Notes: a model not told the origin generated them from the sequence alone. A DNA stretch of 64,000 bases from Octopus sinensis (GCF_006345805.1 NC_043026.1:13557579-13621578), one strand, 5' to 3'; positions 13,091-26,672 are shown, numbered from the stretch's first letter. Program-made: numbers and translations.

Positions 13091-14960
13091 AAGTTTTTAT
13101 CATTCTCAACACAATCAAGGGGATGTTATGCATCTGAAACAGTCGATTTGTTTGACTAAAACCCTTCAAGGTAGTTGTGATCCCTGTGCCAGTGGCATGT
13201 AAAAAGCATCATCCGAACGTGGCCGATGCTAGCACCGCCTTGACTGGCTTCCGTGCCGGTGGCACGTAAAAAGCACCCACTACACTCACGGAGTGGTTGG
13301 CGTTAGGAAGGGCATCCACGTAAAAAGCGCCAACCGATCATGGCCGTAGACAGAGGAGGCTGGCACCTGTGCCGGAGGCACGTAAAAAGCACCTACTATA
13401 CTCTTGGAGTGGTTGGCATTAGGAAGGGCATCCAGCTGTAGAAACTCTGCCAGATCAAGATTGGAGCCTGGTGCAGCCATCTGGCTCGCCAGCCCTCAGT
13501 CAAAATCGTCCAACCCATGCTAGCATGGAAAGCGGACGTTAAACGATGATGATGATGATGATGATGATTTGAATTAATCATGTGTTGTTGTCTCATAGCT
13601 TTGGGATTTCGATGACGTGACTGTTTAACGTCCGTTTTTCCATGTTGGCATGGGTTGGACAATTTGAGAGGAACTGGCTAGGCCAGAGACTGCACCAAGT
13701 GCCCCAGTCTAGTCTCGGCTTTGCCAGCCCTCAGTCAAAATCGTCCAACCCATGCTAGCATGGAAAGCGGACGTTAAACGATGATGATGATGATGATGAT
13801 GATTTGAATCAGTCATGTGTTGTTGTTTCATAGCTTTGGGATTTCGATGACGTGACTGTTTAACGTCCGTTTTTCCATGCTGGCATGGGTTGGACAGTTT
13901 GAGAGGAACTAGCAAGGCCAGGGACTGCACCAAGTGCCCCAGTCTAGTCTCGGCTTGGTTTCTATAGCTGGATGTCCTTCCTAATGCTATGATACCCAGA
14001 TTACAAACTCGCTTTCATACCAACCCAATAATAATTGGTGCATTTGCTTTTGTGAGCAAACACCTGTGTGGCTGTGTGGTAAGAACCTTACTTCCTAACC
14101 ACATGCACTCAGGTTCAGTCCTACTGCTTGGCACCTTGGGCAAGTATCTTTTGCTATAGCCTCGGGCTGACCAAAGCGTTGCAATTGGATTTTGTAGATG
14201 GAAACTGAAAGAAGCCCATCATATATATATATATGTGTGTGTGTGTATGTATCTATGTGTATATATATAGGTGTAGGAGTGGCTGTGTGGTAAGTAGCTT
14301 GCTTACCAACCACATGGTTCCGGGTTCAGTCCCACTGCGTGGCACCTTGGGCAAATGTCTTCTGCTATAGCCTCGGGCCGACCAAAGCCTTGTGAGTGGA
14401 TTTGGTAGACGGAAACTGAAAGAAGCCCGAAGTATGAATATATGTGTGTGTTTGTCCTCCCCCCCCAACCAATGCTGGTGTGTTTACATCTCCATAACCT
14501 AGCGGTTCGGCAAAAGGGACCGATAGAATAAGTACTAAGCTGACAACGAATAAATCCTCGGGTCGATTTGCTCGACTAAAGGCAATGCTCCAGCGTGGCC
14601 ACAGTCACATGACTGAAACAAGTAAAAGAGTAAAAGAGTATATATCAATATATGAGCCAAGAAGGGAGACCGCTACACAGTATTTAGAATTTGTAGAAAT
14701 GACAGCCAAATTTCCTTAAAAACCACACCCTTTCCATCTTAAAAACAAAGGAGGCATTGATTAAGTTTAACATGGGTCCCCAACAAGTAGGAAAAAGGAC
14801 AGGATGTTTACAATTGGAATACTTTTTAACTCTAGGTCAGCCCCTCTCTCTCCCTCTTTCTCCTTCATCCCCTTTAACACACACACTCTCTCTCCCTTTC
14901 ACACTCACTCTCTGTCTCTCAGACACATACAGATACACAAGCAAGGCAAATCTTTAACAT

Positions 14961-15685
14961 AGGAGTGGCTGTGTGGTAAGTAGCTTGTTTACCAGCCACA
15001 TGGTTCCGGGTTCAGTCCCACTGCGTGGCACCTTGGGCAAGTGTCTTCTACTATAGCCTCGGGCCAACCAAAGCCTTGTGAGTGGATTTGGTAGATGGAA
15101 ACTGAAAAAAGCCTGTCGTATATATATAGGTGCAGGAGTGGCTGTGTGGTAAGTAGCTTGATAACCAACCACATGGTTCCGGGTTCTGTCCCACTGCGTG
15201 GCACCTTGGGCAAGTGTCTTCTACTATAGCCTCGGGCCAACCAAAGCCTTGTGAGTGGATTTGGTAGATGGAAACTGAAAAAAGCCTGTCGTATATATAT
15301 AGGTGCAGGAGTGGCTGTGTGGTAAGTAGCTTGATAACCAACCACATGGTTCCGGGTTCTGTCCCACTGCGGGGCACCTTGGGCAAGTGTCTTCTACTAT
15401 AGCCTTGGGCCGACCAAAGCCTTGTGAGTGGATTTGGTAGACGGAAACTGTATATATATATGTATGTGTGTGTGTATGTTTGTGTGTCTGTGTTTGTCCC
15501 TCCAACATCACTTGACTACCGATGCTGGTGTGTTTACGTCCCCGCTACCTAGCGGTTCGGCAAAAAGAGACTGATAGAATAAGTACTGGGCTTACGAAAA
15601 GAATAAGTCTCGGAGTCGAGTTGCTTGACTAAAGGCGGTGCTCCAGCATGGCCCGCAGTCGAATGACTGAAACAAGTAAAAGAGT
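14961..15685 (+). mobile_element. SINE family A with triplicated 173-bp head
   Basis: aggagtggctgtgtggtaag at 14961, 15134 and 15307, followed by one body and tail. Confidence 0.85.
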
Positions 15686-16311
15686 ATACACACATTCACA
15701 CACACACACACACAATGATAACACATATACAGCCTTACACAGAAGCCGATGCTCAGATATACACATGCATACAATTTCGTGTGTAAGAAATACACACAAC
15801 ACCGCCGCCGCCACCACCATCATCATCACCACCACCACCACCACCGACACCACCACCACTGCTGCCGCCACTATCATCATCGTTAATGCCACTACTACCA
15901 CTATCGCTCTTAGCTCCCTGCCACTGACCACTTACACATACACCCACCCACCACCCTGGGGCAGGGCGGGGCATATAAAATATCAGTTTTAAAGGATAAA
16001 TGGTTGGAATGTGAACATAACACTTAGACATATTTGTAAGTGTATGTGCGCGTGTGTGCATGCATGAGTATATGTATATATGTGTGTGTGCGTATATATA
16101 TATGTATGTAGGTATGAATGAATGTGTGTATATATATATATATATTATATATATATATATATATAGCTGTGTGTGTGTGTGTGTGTGTATAAATGCATTA
16201 ATATATATATATATATATATATACACATGCATATAAATGGTATTTGCTGAACCAACAATGTTGGAATGTATACAAAAAGTGTATGTGTATATATACATAT
16301 ATATATATCAT

Positions 16312-16362
<51 letters not shown>

Positions 16363-16694
16363 TACACATATTGGTTTCCAATTTTGGCACAAGGCCAGCA
16401 TGTTCAGGGAATGGGAGAAAGTTGATAACATTGGCACCAGAGCTCAACTGGTACTTATGAAAAGCGAAGCTGACCTCAGTGGAATTTGAACTCAGAACAT
16501 AAAGACAAATGAAATGGCGCAAAGCATTTTGGGCTGCTGAGCTAAGGATTCTGTCAGGTCACTGACCTATTATGCATCAGTCCCACTGTGTGGCACCTTG
16601 GGCAAGTGTCTTCCACTATAGCCTCAAGCCAACCAAAGCCTTGTGAGTGGATTTGGTAGACAGAAACTGAAAGAAGTCTGTTGTATATATATAT

Positions 16695-16813
16695 AGGGAA
16701 AGTTTACGAAAAAAACAAAAGACGAAGACAGGTGGTGTACAAAACAAACAGATGTATTAGTATAACGCTCAGGAATAGAAAAAGTCTTTTACATTTCGAG
16801 CCTACGCTCTTCT
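16695..16813 (-). mobile_element. Penelope-like terminal-repeat fragment
   Basis: Same sequence as 54754-54941 and 54981-55166; truncated within the hammerhead-like motif. Confidence 0.5.
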
Positions 16814-16930
16814 CATGTCCCTGTAAATTTTGGAGCGAATCGGACGGGACGTAGTGGCATTGAAAGCAAGCCAAGTGGTAAAAACGCATTTCAGTTTTAT
16901 ATATATAGATATAGATATATATACACACAT

Positions 16931-16967
<37 letters not shown>

Positions 16968-17247
16968 ATTTCTATGTTCATTTTTTATTTATTGCATTAG
17001 ACCTGATAGAAATAGTAACCAAATTACCCTCAAATCATATCCTAGTATCAAAAAAGAAAAAAAAAATGCTAAAAAATGCTAAATTGACAGATTGGAAAAT
17101 GTAGTCCATGAGAAACTGTTCTCAGGGGAAAAAGAAAATGAGAAATGAATACATAATAAAACAGGCAGGATGGTCATATTTGGAATGTCTTTTATCTGTT
17201 CGATCAAATGAGTAAGTAATAACAGCGATGTTGACAATAACAGTAGC

Positions 17248-18098
17248 TGCCGCCACCGCTACCCCCACTGCCACAACCACTACCACCATCACTGCCAGCA
17301 CCACCACCACCACCACCACCACTGCCACAACCACTACCACCATCACTGCCAGCACCACCACCACCACCACCACCACCACCACCACTGCCACAACCACTGC
17401 CACAACCACTACCACCACCACCACCACCACCACAACCACCACCACTGCCACAACCACTACCACCATCACTGCCAGCACCACCACCACCACCACACCACAC
17501 CACCACCACCACCACCACTGCCACAACCACTACCACCATCACTGCCAGCACCACCACCACCACCACCACCACCACCACTGCCACAACACTACCACAACCA
17601 CTACCACCACCACCACCACACCACTGCCACACCACTACCACCATCACTGCCAGCACCACCACCACCACCACCGCCACTGCCACAACCACTACCACAACCA
17701 CTACCACCACCACCACCACTGCCACACCACTCCACCCCAAACTGCCAGCACCACCACCACCACCCCCCCACTGCCACAACCACTACCACAACCACTACCA
17801 CCACCACCACCACTGCCACAACCACTACCACCATCACTGCAAGCACCACCACCACCACCACCACTGCCACAACCACTACCACAACCACTACCACCACCAC
17901 CACCACACCACCACCACCACCCCCACTGCCACAACCACTACCACCATCACTGCAAGCACCACCACAACCCCCACTGCCACAACCACTACCACAACCACTA
18001 CCACCACCACCACCACCACCACCACCACACCACACTGCCACAACCACTACCACCATCACTGCAAGCACCACCACCACCACCACCACCACCACCACTGC
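17248..18098. repeat. (ACC)-based compound trinucleotide minisatellite
   Basis: Repeating ccactgccacaaccactaccaccatcactgccagcacc units. Confidence 0.95.
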
Positions 18099-18249
18099 TG
18101 CTGCACAAAGACTTGGCCTGAGTGGAATTCAATTTCTGAACTTCAAATTTCTACAACCTGTTTAATTTAAAACTTTATAGTTCATTTTTTCAATAAATGT
18201 TACCACCCTAAACATGATAATAACAATAACAACAACAATAATGATAATA

Positions 18250-19750
18250 ATATAAAAGATGGGCTACAGCAAATATTCTGCTCAATACCACAGATTTGCT
18301 TGTCAGTTAGTTAGTTAGTTAGTTAGTTAATTTGGCTCAAAAGCAAATAGCAAGGCCATGTAGGGGGACATGGAGTTATGTACAGGGTGGTGTTCATGTA
18401 AAGAGTTCAGGCCATTTGTGGTCAAAGGAGACTTTGAACCGAGCGGTCGTCGGCATCTTCACCATCTCGTCCGGCAGCTTGTTCCACGGATCCGCAACCC
18501 GGACGGAGAAAGCTCCTCTCCTTCGATTGAGATGAAACCGTCGCAGGTAGAGCTTTTCGGAATGACCCCACAGCCGATGCTCTGGAGCAGGAGTGAAGAA
18601 CAGCTCTTTCGAGAGGTTACACTTTCCGCTTATGATGTTGTGGGCGAGAATGAGATCACCACGGCGGCGGCGTTTTTCTAGAGAATAAAGGTCGAGCGTC
18701 CTCAGCCTTTCTTCATAGGAAAAATTTTTGAGACCATGAACCATGCGGGTAGCCAGCTTCTGGACTCTTTCGAGATGCTATATGTCTTTGAGGAGATAAG
18801 GAGAAGAGGCTTGAATCCCGTACTCCAATATGGGTCTCTTTGACCGTAACCATTAGATTATGTCCCTTAGTGGCTGACGATATGTGCATCTCTGACCATG
18901 AGCAGAACTAGTGGGGGAGCATCTTAGCCATGTGTTGAAAGGAATTCTCAGAGGTTTGGATAATTCACCTTTGGAAACACAGGTGGTTCGTTCAACATCC
19001 TTAAACAACCCTTATTCAGGGACCTTTTGAGCGGGATGGGCTACTCGACCAGAAGAAAATTCTAACTGGGCCCCCCCATCTGCAAGGTCATGCGCCGTTT
19101 ATCTTGATATGAGATCACCATGTTACGCACATATGGTCGTGATGCATATGCCTGGTGTACCCTTATCAGACGGGTAGTCACGATGGGTATACTGGGCTTC
19201 ATATATTTTACCCCAGTGTCACTTTGATGGCATGAACTGCTCTCTCACTCAATAATAATAATAATAGTATAAAAGATATGCTACCATAAATATTCTGATC
19301 AATACCACAGGTTTGCTAGTCTGTTGTTTGACCTTAACCAGTTGACCATATCCCTTAGTGGCTGACAATATGTGCATCTCTGATCATGAGCAGAAGTAGT
19401 GGGGGAGCATCATAGCCATGTGTTGAAAGGAATTCTTAGAGGTTTGGATAATTCACCTTTGGAAACACAGGTGGTTCGTTCAACATCCTTAAACAACCCT
19501 TATTCAGGGACCTTTTGAGCAGGATGGGCTACTCGACCAGAAGAAAATTCTAACTGGACCCCACCTGCAAGGTCATGCGCCGTTTATCTTGATATGAGAT
19601 CACCATGTTACGCACGTATGGTCGTGATGCATGTGCCTGGTGTACCCTTATCAGACGGGTAGTCATGATGGGTATACTGGGCTTCGTATATTTTACCCCA
19701 GTGCCACTTTGATGACATGCACTGCTCTCTCACTCAATAATAATAATAAA
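18250..19750 (+). mobile_element. Two head-to-tail copies of retroposon family D with (AAT)n tail; the first is interrupted by CR1
   Basis: gatgggctacagcaaatattctg..ctctctcactcaataataat twice; other copies at 33040-33580 (+) and 57440-57855 (-). Clade unassigned. Confidence 0.7.
18305..18838 (-). mobile_element. CR1-group LINE 3' fragment with (TAAC)n tail
   Basis: ORF 18394-18744: SYEERLRTLDLYSLEKRRRRGDLI..RVADPWNKLP..FK, the typical CR1/L2 ORF2 C-terminus; (agtt)n at 18305-18329. Confidence 0.9.
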
Positions 19751-20379
19751 AATAATCCCTTCTACTATAGGCACAAGGCCGGGAATTTGGGAGGAGGGGA
19801 CTAGTTAATTATTCAAGAATTTTCATCATCATTAAGCTGATATTCGGTACATAAATTAACATAAATTAACATAAAATTTTGGTTGAAGGTTTTAATTCAA
19901 ACCTTTTAAAGCAGTAAGTTTGTATCTTAAAACTAGGGCTTAGTCTCAGGTGGGTTGGTATGGAAAAGATTAAAGATATTAGGGAATTTGATGAAGGGGA
20001 TTTAGCTGTTGGCTACAAAAGGGCCCCCCTTACTGACCTATGTCTATTTTAAATCTGTTAAAATATTTTTCTCTCCTGTACTTGTTTCAGTCATTTGACT
20101 GCGGCCATGCTGGAGCACCGCCTTTAGTCGAGCAAATCGACCCCAGGACTTATCCTTTGTAAGCCTAGTACTTATTCTATCGGTCTCTTTTGCTGAACTG
20201 CTAAGTTACGGGGACGTAAACACTCCAGCATCGGTTTCAAGCAATGCTAGGGGGACAAACACAGACACACAAACATACACACACACAAATATATATACAT
20301 ATATACGACAGGCTTCTTTCAGTTTCTGCCTACCAAATCCACTCACAAGGCTTTCAATCATTGGTCTCACGGATGAGGG

Positions 20380-20711
20380 CTGACCTGAGGCTAAACAACA
20401 AAGAAGGACATGTAAAGTAATGTACTCCTAGATACACTAAGTCTGAATAAAAGGCAGGATGGTCACAGCTGGAATGTCTTTAATAATAAGTCTCCTGAAT
20501 CAGGGCCGACCTGGGGCTAAACAAGGATGGATACATTAGATAATGTAGTCCTAGATACACTAAGTCTGAATAAAAGGTAGGATGGTCACAGTTGGAATGT
20601 CTTTAATAATAAGTCTCCTGAATCAGGGCCGACCTGGGGCTAAACAAGGACGGACACATTAGATAATGTAGTGCTAGATACACTAAGTCTGAATAAAAGG
20701 TAGGATGGTCA
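20380..20711 (+). repeat. 123-bp tandem triplet of a dispersed-repeat 3' half
   Basis: gatacactaagtctgaataaaagg at 20431, 20554 and 20677. Confidence 0.9.
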
Positions 20712-21264
20712 AAGAAAGACACGTTAAGTAGTGTCCAATCGTGACCACCCCTAAAAACGAGATGGCTACGGTTGGACCACCGTTTAACTGTTCTCTGCAG
20801 GATCGGGCTTGACCTGGGGTTAAACAATAACAGCAAAATGATTTACTAACCGTATACTCTTAGCTGCCTCTATTAAAGGTACCATCGCTTGCTTGATGCA
20901 AGCAAGAAAGTAAGCAAGCGAGTTAGCTAGCTACCTAGTTGCCAAGCTATATACCTAGCTAGCTACTTGGCTATTTAGCTGGCTAGCTTTATAAAGTCTT
21001 CTTTCAGTTTAGACGCACAGGGAGTGTTGGTGACAGCAGCGTTGACTGGGATTGAAACTGGTATGCTGAGATCGAGGAATGTAATGTCCACAATTGAAAG
21101 AAAAAAATATAACACACAACAAAAACACTGTCTGCTCATTCAAGAAGCCATTCGTGTGTATTTTCGGTTGCTTTGTGTGAACGAATGAAAGCCACTACAG
21201 AATCTCGTATGTTGAAAACGAAAGAGAGTGGACTGTGACATCATAGATAGCGTTGTGACAAAAA

Positions 21265-21676
21265 GGATCTTTTCGGTTTGAACGGCAGTTTTTAACATAA
21301 TTTCTAGGTAACTAAAAAAATTTTAAACTTCGTATACTGGTAGAATGTGTTTATAAAACATCTTTTTCTCTTGGCTTTATTGAGAAAATTCTATAGTTTC
21401 TAAGATATTTGTTGTTTTTTTTCTTCAATTTCTGCAATTTCAACCAATCACTGACGTCTATTGAGGTAAAAATAATTCTGTGCCGTATGAATATGTCCCT
21501 CGTTTAAGAAACAGATTGGGTTTATTTACATTTGTGAAGAAAACAAGATACCCTTCACCCACCCTTAACCCTAAAATAGATTGAAATGCAATAGATCGAT
21601 TCTAGGGTCATAATTATGGGTGACAATTTCATATGACACCGCTAGAAAAAAACTGCCGTTCAAACCGAAAAGATCC
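21265..21676. mobile_element. MITE with GGATCTTTTCGGTTTGAACGGCAGTTTTT terminal inverted repeats
   Basis: 29-bp TIRs; aaaa on both flanks; internal taaccctaa motif. Confidence 0.85.
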
Positions 21677-21947
21677 AAAAGAACACCTAAAAGACCCGTA
21701 AAAACCCAAAGAAGCGTAAAAATCGAATAAAATACTTGTGAAAATATGTGCAAATCAGTATCAAAATCAAATATAAGCTAAATAAATTCTTTGAAACGTT
21801 TTCTTCGTGTTACGTCATTTTTCGAGTTAAGTTGCGAGTCTGGGAATCAGTTAACGACGTATGTTGAGGTATGTCGTAAGTTTGTGTGTGGATAGAAAGA
21901 GAGAGAGAGAGAGGTGGATGGAGAGAGACATTACTTTGTAGGTGGTG

Positions 21948-22334
21948 GTGGAAGCACTCCGTCGGTTACGACGACGAGGGTTCCGGTTGATCCGAATCAA
22001 CGGAACAGCCTGCTCGTGAAATTAACGTGTAAGTGGCTGAGCACTCCACAGACACGTGTACCCTTAACGTAGTTCTCGGGGATATTCAGCGTGACACAGA
22101 GTGACAAGGCCGGCCCCTTTGAAATACAGGTACAACAGAAACAGGAAGTAAGAGTGAGAGAAAGTTGTGGTGAAAGAGTACAGCAGGGATCACCACCATT
22201 CCCTGCCGGAGCCTCGTGGAGCTCTTTAGGTGTTTTCGCTCAATAAACACTCACAACGCCCGGTCTGGGAATCGAAACCGCGATCCTACGACCGCGAGTC
22301 CGCTGCCCTAACCACTGGGCCATTGCGCCTCCAC
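21948..22334 (-). mobile_element. tRNA(Arg)-like SINE family E
   Basis: Reverse complement of gtggaggcgcaatggcccagtggttagggcagcggactcgcggtc..gcggtttcgattccc. Copies at 25031-25423 (-), 36116-36300 (+), 52377-52764 (+) and 57960-58430 (+, doubled head). Probably OR-type octopus SINE (from memory). Confidence 0.8.
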
Positions 22335-22349
22335 ACAGAAAGACTATAC

Positions 22350-22790
22350 ATGTAACCAAACGGACTAGTAAAAGAAGACACATACAAAGGAGAGAGAGAA
22401 AGGGGGGGGGGGGAAAGAGATACGGAGAGAGAGAGAGAGACAGAGACAGAGAGAGAGAAAGACATTACTTTGTGGAAAGGACCACAGAAAGACATGTAAC
22501 CAAACGGGCTAATAAAAGAAGACACACAGAAACAAGAGAGAGAGAGAGAGAGAGGCAAAGACAAAGAGAGAGAGAGAGAGAGGCAGAGAGAAAGAGAGAG
22601 AAAGAGACAGAGCACAGAAGACATGTAACCAAACGGACTAATAAAAGAAGACACATAGAAACAAGAGAGAGAAAGAGATAGAGATAGAGAAAGAGACAAA
22701 GAGAGAAAGAGACATTACTTTGTGGAAAGGACCACAGAAGACATGTAACCAAACGGACTAATAAAAAAGATACAAAGACAAGCAAAAGAG
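22350..22790 (+). repeat. Tandem ~120-bp units with (GA)n spacers
   Basis: catgtaaccaaacgg.ct..taaaa four times. Confidence 0.85.
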
Positions 22791-23559
22791 ACAGAGAAAT
22801 AGAGGGAGGGGGAAGGAGATATATACATAGAGAGAGACAGACAGACAAAGAGAAAGGAAGAAAGAGTAAGAGCTCTTACTCTTCAGCAAGGGCTTCTAGC
22901 ATAACTTCAGTTTAGAACCCCTATTGACATTGTTTCAATTTTAACTGTCTTTGAAAAAGAAAAAAAAAAAGGGACAGGTTTCAAATTTTTTTTTTTTTTT
23001 GGTGGGGGAAGTAAGTTGATTACATCGACCCCGGTGATCAACAGGTACCTATTTTTATAGAAGCCCGACAGGATGAAAGGCAAAGTCGACCCCGGTGGTG
23101 TTTGAACCCAATAATAATTAATAAGATACGTTTTCGAAGATGTTAGCTTCTTACATTTATGCTAATGTTATAAAGAAAAAAAAAGTCAGAAATAATGAAT
23201 TTTACAATGGATTCAGTCCCAGTGCGTGACACCTTGAGCATGTCTTTTACTTTCATCCTTAGAAAACTTAAAGAAGCACCGTCGTAGTCACTTTCGAGTG
23301 CTACTGGTAACATGTAACCCAGTACATATTTCTTTATTACCCACAAGGGGCTGAACATAGAGGGGGACAAACAAGGACAGACACAGGTATTAAGTCGATT
23401 ACATTGACCTCAGTGCGTAACTGGTACTTAATTTATCGACCCCGAAAGGATGAAAGGCAAAGTTGACCTCGGCGGAATTTGAACTCACAACGTAACAACA
23501 GACGAAATACGGCTACGCATTTCGCCCGGCGTGCTAACCACTCTGCCAGCTCACCCAGT

Positions 23560-23890
23560 ACAACCTGTTGCATGGTCGGGTCGTCGGCGACTAAACCGGC
23601 AACCCCACCAAGCTTGCTTGGTGAGGAGGGTGTTTATTGGACACACTGCGGGATGAAAAACAAAACCCGTCAAAGGGCGGAGGAACTCTTGAGAATCGAC
23701 GGCCATCCAATTACTTGTCTTAAGGATGTATCATGCATGGGGACATAGAAATAATCGGATTGAATACCCGATCGCGTGGTTAAGCCATTGGGAGTGAAGG
23801 ACTCCTAGCCTTTGTTAGGGCATCCCTCTAGGAGAAGGCAACTCAGGTAACTGGGATAACTCCGACATAAAACCTGCGGCTCAGAGGTTA
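23560..23890 (+). mobile_element. RTE-clade LINE 5'UTR-like fragment
   Basis: cggaggaactcttgaga..gggcatccctctaggagaaggcaactc..taaaacctgcgg resembles RTE 5' leaders as recalled; no ORF. Confidence 0.45.
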
Positions 23891-24619
23891 CCGATGATGT
23901 TGACTTGTTCTTCTTTTCGGATTATGGCTGCTGTTGCTTAGTGAGTGGGATTGACTCAGTGCACAGCCTTTCCTCACTTTAAAAAAAATCTTCTTCTTAC
24001 ACAGGCATTGCATGATAACAACATTGATTAAGCTTCGTGCAATGGCCATACTCGATAATGAGGGGGCAGCCACCATATATGCATGCATATTTCTTTATCA
24101 AAGTGACACAGAAACGAGGAAGATATCAAGTGGTCGTGGGATGATGCTAAAAACAACAACTAAATCGCCCTTAAATCACACACAAAAACATTTCTTTGTT
24201 ACATAATCGTAAGAGTTCTCATGTGTAGAACATAAATTCGCAAAGATTTTCTGAAAATTGCAAAACAAAACAAAAAAAAATGAAATAAGTAAATAAAAAA
24301 ATTATGAGGGGTTATATGGGGTACTTATTAAACCAGAATTCCACCCGCTTGGGAATTGGGAATCCAGCCGGAAAGTCTACTGGCAATTGCTTCTGATAGG
24401 AGGTGCTGAGGACTCTTTCTCCACCCCTCATGATCCACCCAAGATTAATGGGAGGAGAAGATGAATGGATGAATAATAAAGATCATACGTCTTTAACCAT
24501 CCCCATAACTACTTCATTTATTGGTCGTTAAAACAGACAAGCGTAATCCAGTTTAATTACTTATCCATTATCAATGGTTTCAATTTTTGGCACAGAGCCA
24601 GAAGATTTTGAGGGAAGAG

Positions 24620-24978
24620 GGGATCTTTTGCTTTTGAACGGCACTTTTCAACACAATTTCTAGTTAACTAAACACCTTAAAACTTCGTATACTGGTAGAA
24701 TGTGTCAAAATAAAACATTGTTTCTCTTGGCTTTCTTGAGAAAATTGTGAATTTGTAAGTTTAACGTAGTTTAATTTTTATGATTTTAGCTCAATAGAGG
24801 GCATAGGATTGGTCAAAATTCGAAAAATTAAACTACGTTAAACTTACAAATTACAATTTTCTCAAGAAAGTCAAGAGAAAAAAGGTTTATTTGACACATC
24901 TACCAGTATACGAAGTTTAAAAGTGTTTAGTTAACTAGAAACTGTGTTGAAAAGTGCCGTTCAAAAGTAAAAGATTCG
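24620..24978. mobile_element. Fold-back MITE related to the GGATC family
   Basis: About 155-bp inverted arms beginning gggatcttttgcttttgaacggcac. Confidence 0.8.
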
Positions 24979-26041
24979 GGAGAGGTCGATTACATCAACT
25001 CCCATCACTTAACTGGTACTTATTTATTGGATGGAAGCACTCCGTCGGTCACGACGATGAGGGTTCCGGTTGATCCGAATCAACGGAACAGCCTGCTCGT
25101 GAAATTAACGTGTAAGTGGCTGAGCACTCCACAGACACGTGTACCCTTAACGTAGTTCTCGGGGATATTCAGCGTGACACAGAGAGTGACAAGGCCGGCC
25201 CCTTGAAATACAGGTACAACAGAAACAGGAAGTAGAGTGAGAGAAAGTTGTGGTGAAAGAGTGAAAGAGTTAAGCAGGGTCACCACCATCCCCTGCCGGA
25301 GACTTGTGGAGCTCTTTAGGTGTTTTCGCTCAATAAACACTCACAACGCCCGTCTGGGAATCGAAACCGCGAACCTATGACCGCGAGTCCGCTGCCCTAA
25401 CCACTGGGCCATTGCGCCTCCACACACTTATTTATTATTGACCCCGAAAAGACGAGAGGCAATTTGATCTCATAACGTAAAGACAGACAATGAAGCTAAG
25501 CATTTTTTTTTTTTGCCGATTCTGTCAGCTCGCCGCCGGTGTTAATTTTCACTATTACTTATTTCAGTCATTTGACTGCAGCCATGCTGGAGCACCGCCT
25601 TTTAGTCGAGCAAATCGACCCCGGGACTTATTCTTGGTAAGCCTAGTACTTATTCTATCGGTCTCTTTTTGCCGAACTGCTAAGTTACGGGAATATAAAC
25701 ACACCAGCATCGGTTGTCAAGCAATGCTAGGGGGACAAACACAGACACACACGTACATATATACATATATACGACGGGCTTCTTTCGGTTTCCGTCTACT
25801 AAATCCACTCACAAGGCTTTGGTCGGCCCGAGGCTATAGTAGAAGACACTTGCCCAAGGTGCCACGCAGTGGGACTGAACCCGGAACCATGTGGTTGGTA
25901 AGCAAGCTACTTACCACATGAAAAAAGAGATGTCACAGCTTACATTTATAGGCTAGTAAAACAGCGATAGAAAATGTTAACGATCTTTTATATATGCATA
26001 TCTGAGCAATGTATACAAAAAGTTCATTATATAATATTATA

Positions 26042-26079
<38 letters not shown>

Positions 26080-26105
26080 GTATGTGTATGTATAGTGTAT
26101 ACACT

Positions 26106-26113
26106 ATAGATAG

Positions 26114-26170
<57 letters not shown>

Positions 26171-26223
26171 CAGATAGATAGATAGATAGATAGGCAGATA
26201 GATAGATAGATAGATAGATAGGC

Positions 26224-26258
<35 letters not shown>

Positions 26259-26347
26259 CAGATAGATAGATAGATAGATAGGCAGATAGATAGATAGATA
26301 GATAGACAGATAGATAGATAGATAGATAGACAGATAGATAGAAAGAC

Positions 26348-26390
<43 letters not shown>

Positions 26391-26549
26391 AAGATAGATG
26401 GATAGATAGATAAATAGATGATAGATAGATAGAGACAGAGAGATAGATAGATAGACAGATTTATAGACAGATAGATAGGAAGATAGACAGATGGATAGAT
26501 AGATGGATAGAAAGATAGATGGATAGATAGATAGATAGATGGATAGATG

Positions 26550-26594
<45 letters not shown>

Positions 26595-26612
26595 ATAGGT
26601 AGATAGATAGGC

Positions 26613-26671
<59 letters not shown>
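26106..26671. repeat. (GATA)n/(GACA) microsatellite
   Basis: Direct reading. Confidence 0.98.

Positions 26672-26672
<1 letters not shown>

Noticed and set aside
14954-15511. Recurrent peptide [43 protein letters not shown] as a protein family
   Set aside because: It is a chance reading frame of SINE family A.
17228-18121. 297-aa Thr/His/Pro-rich ORF (also 42147-42791, 56809-57378)
   Set aside because: Stop-free trinucleotide tracts, open on both strands, with no splice context or domain.
23555-23615. HDV-like ribozyme at the RTE-like leader (ggcgactaaacc)
   Set aside because: No P1 5' strand or proper L3/P1.1 could be built; the 5' side is replaced by a SINE.
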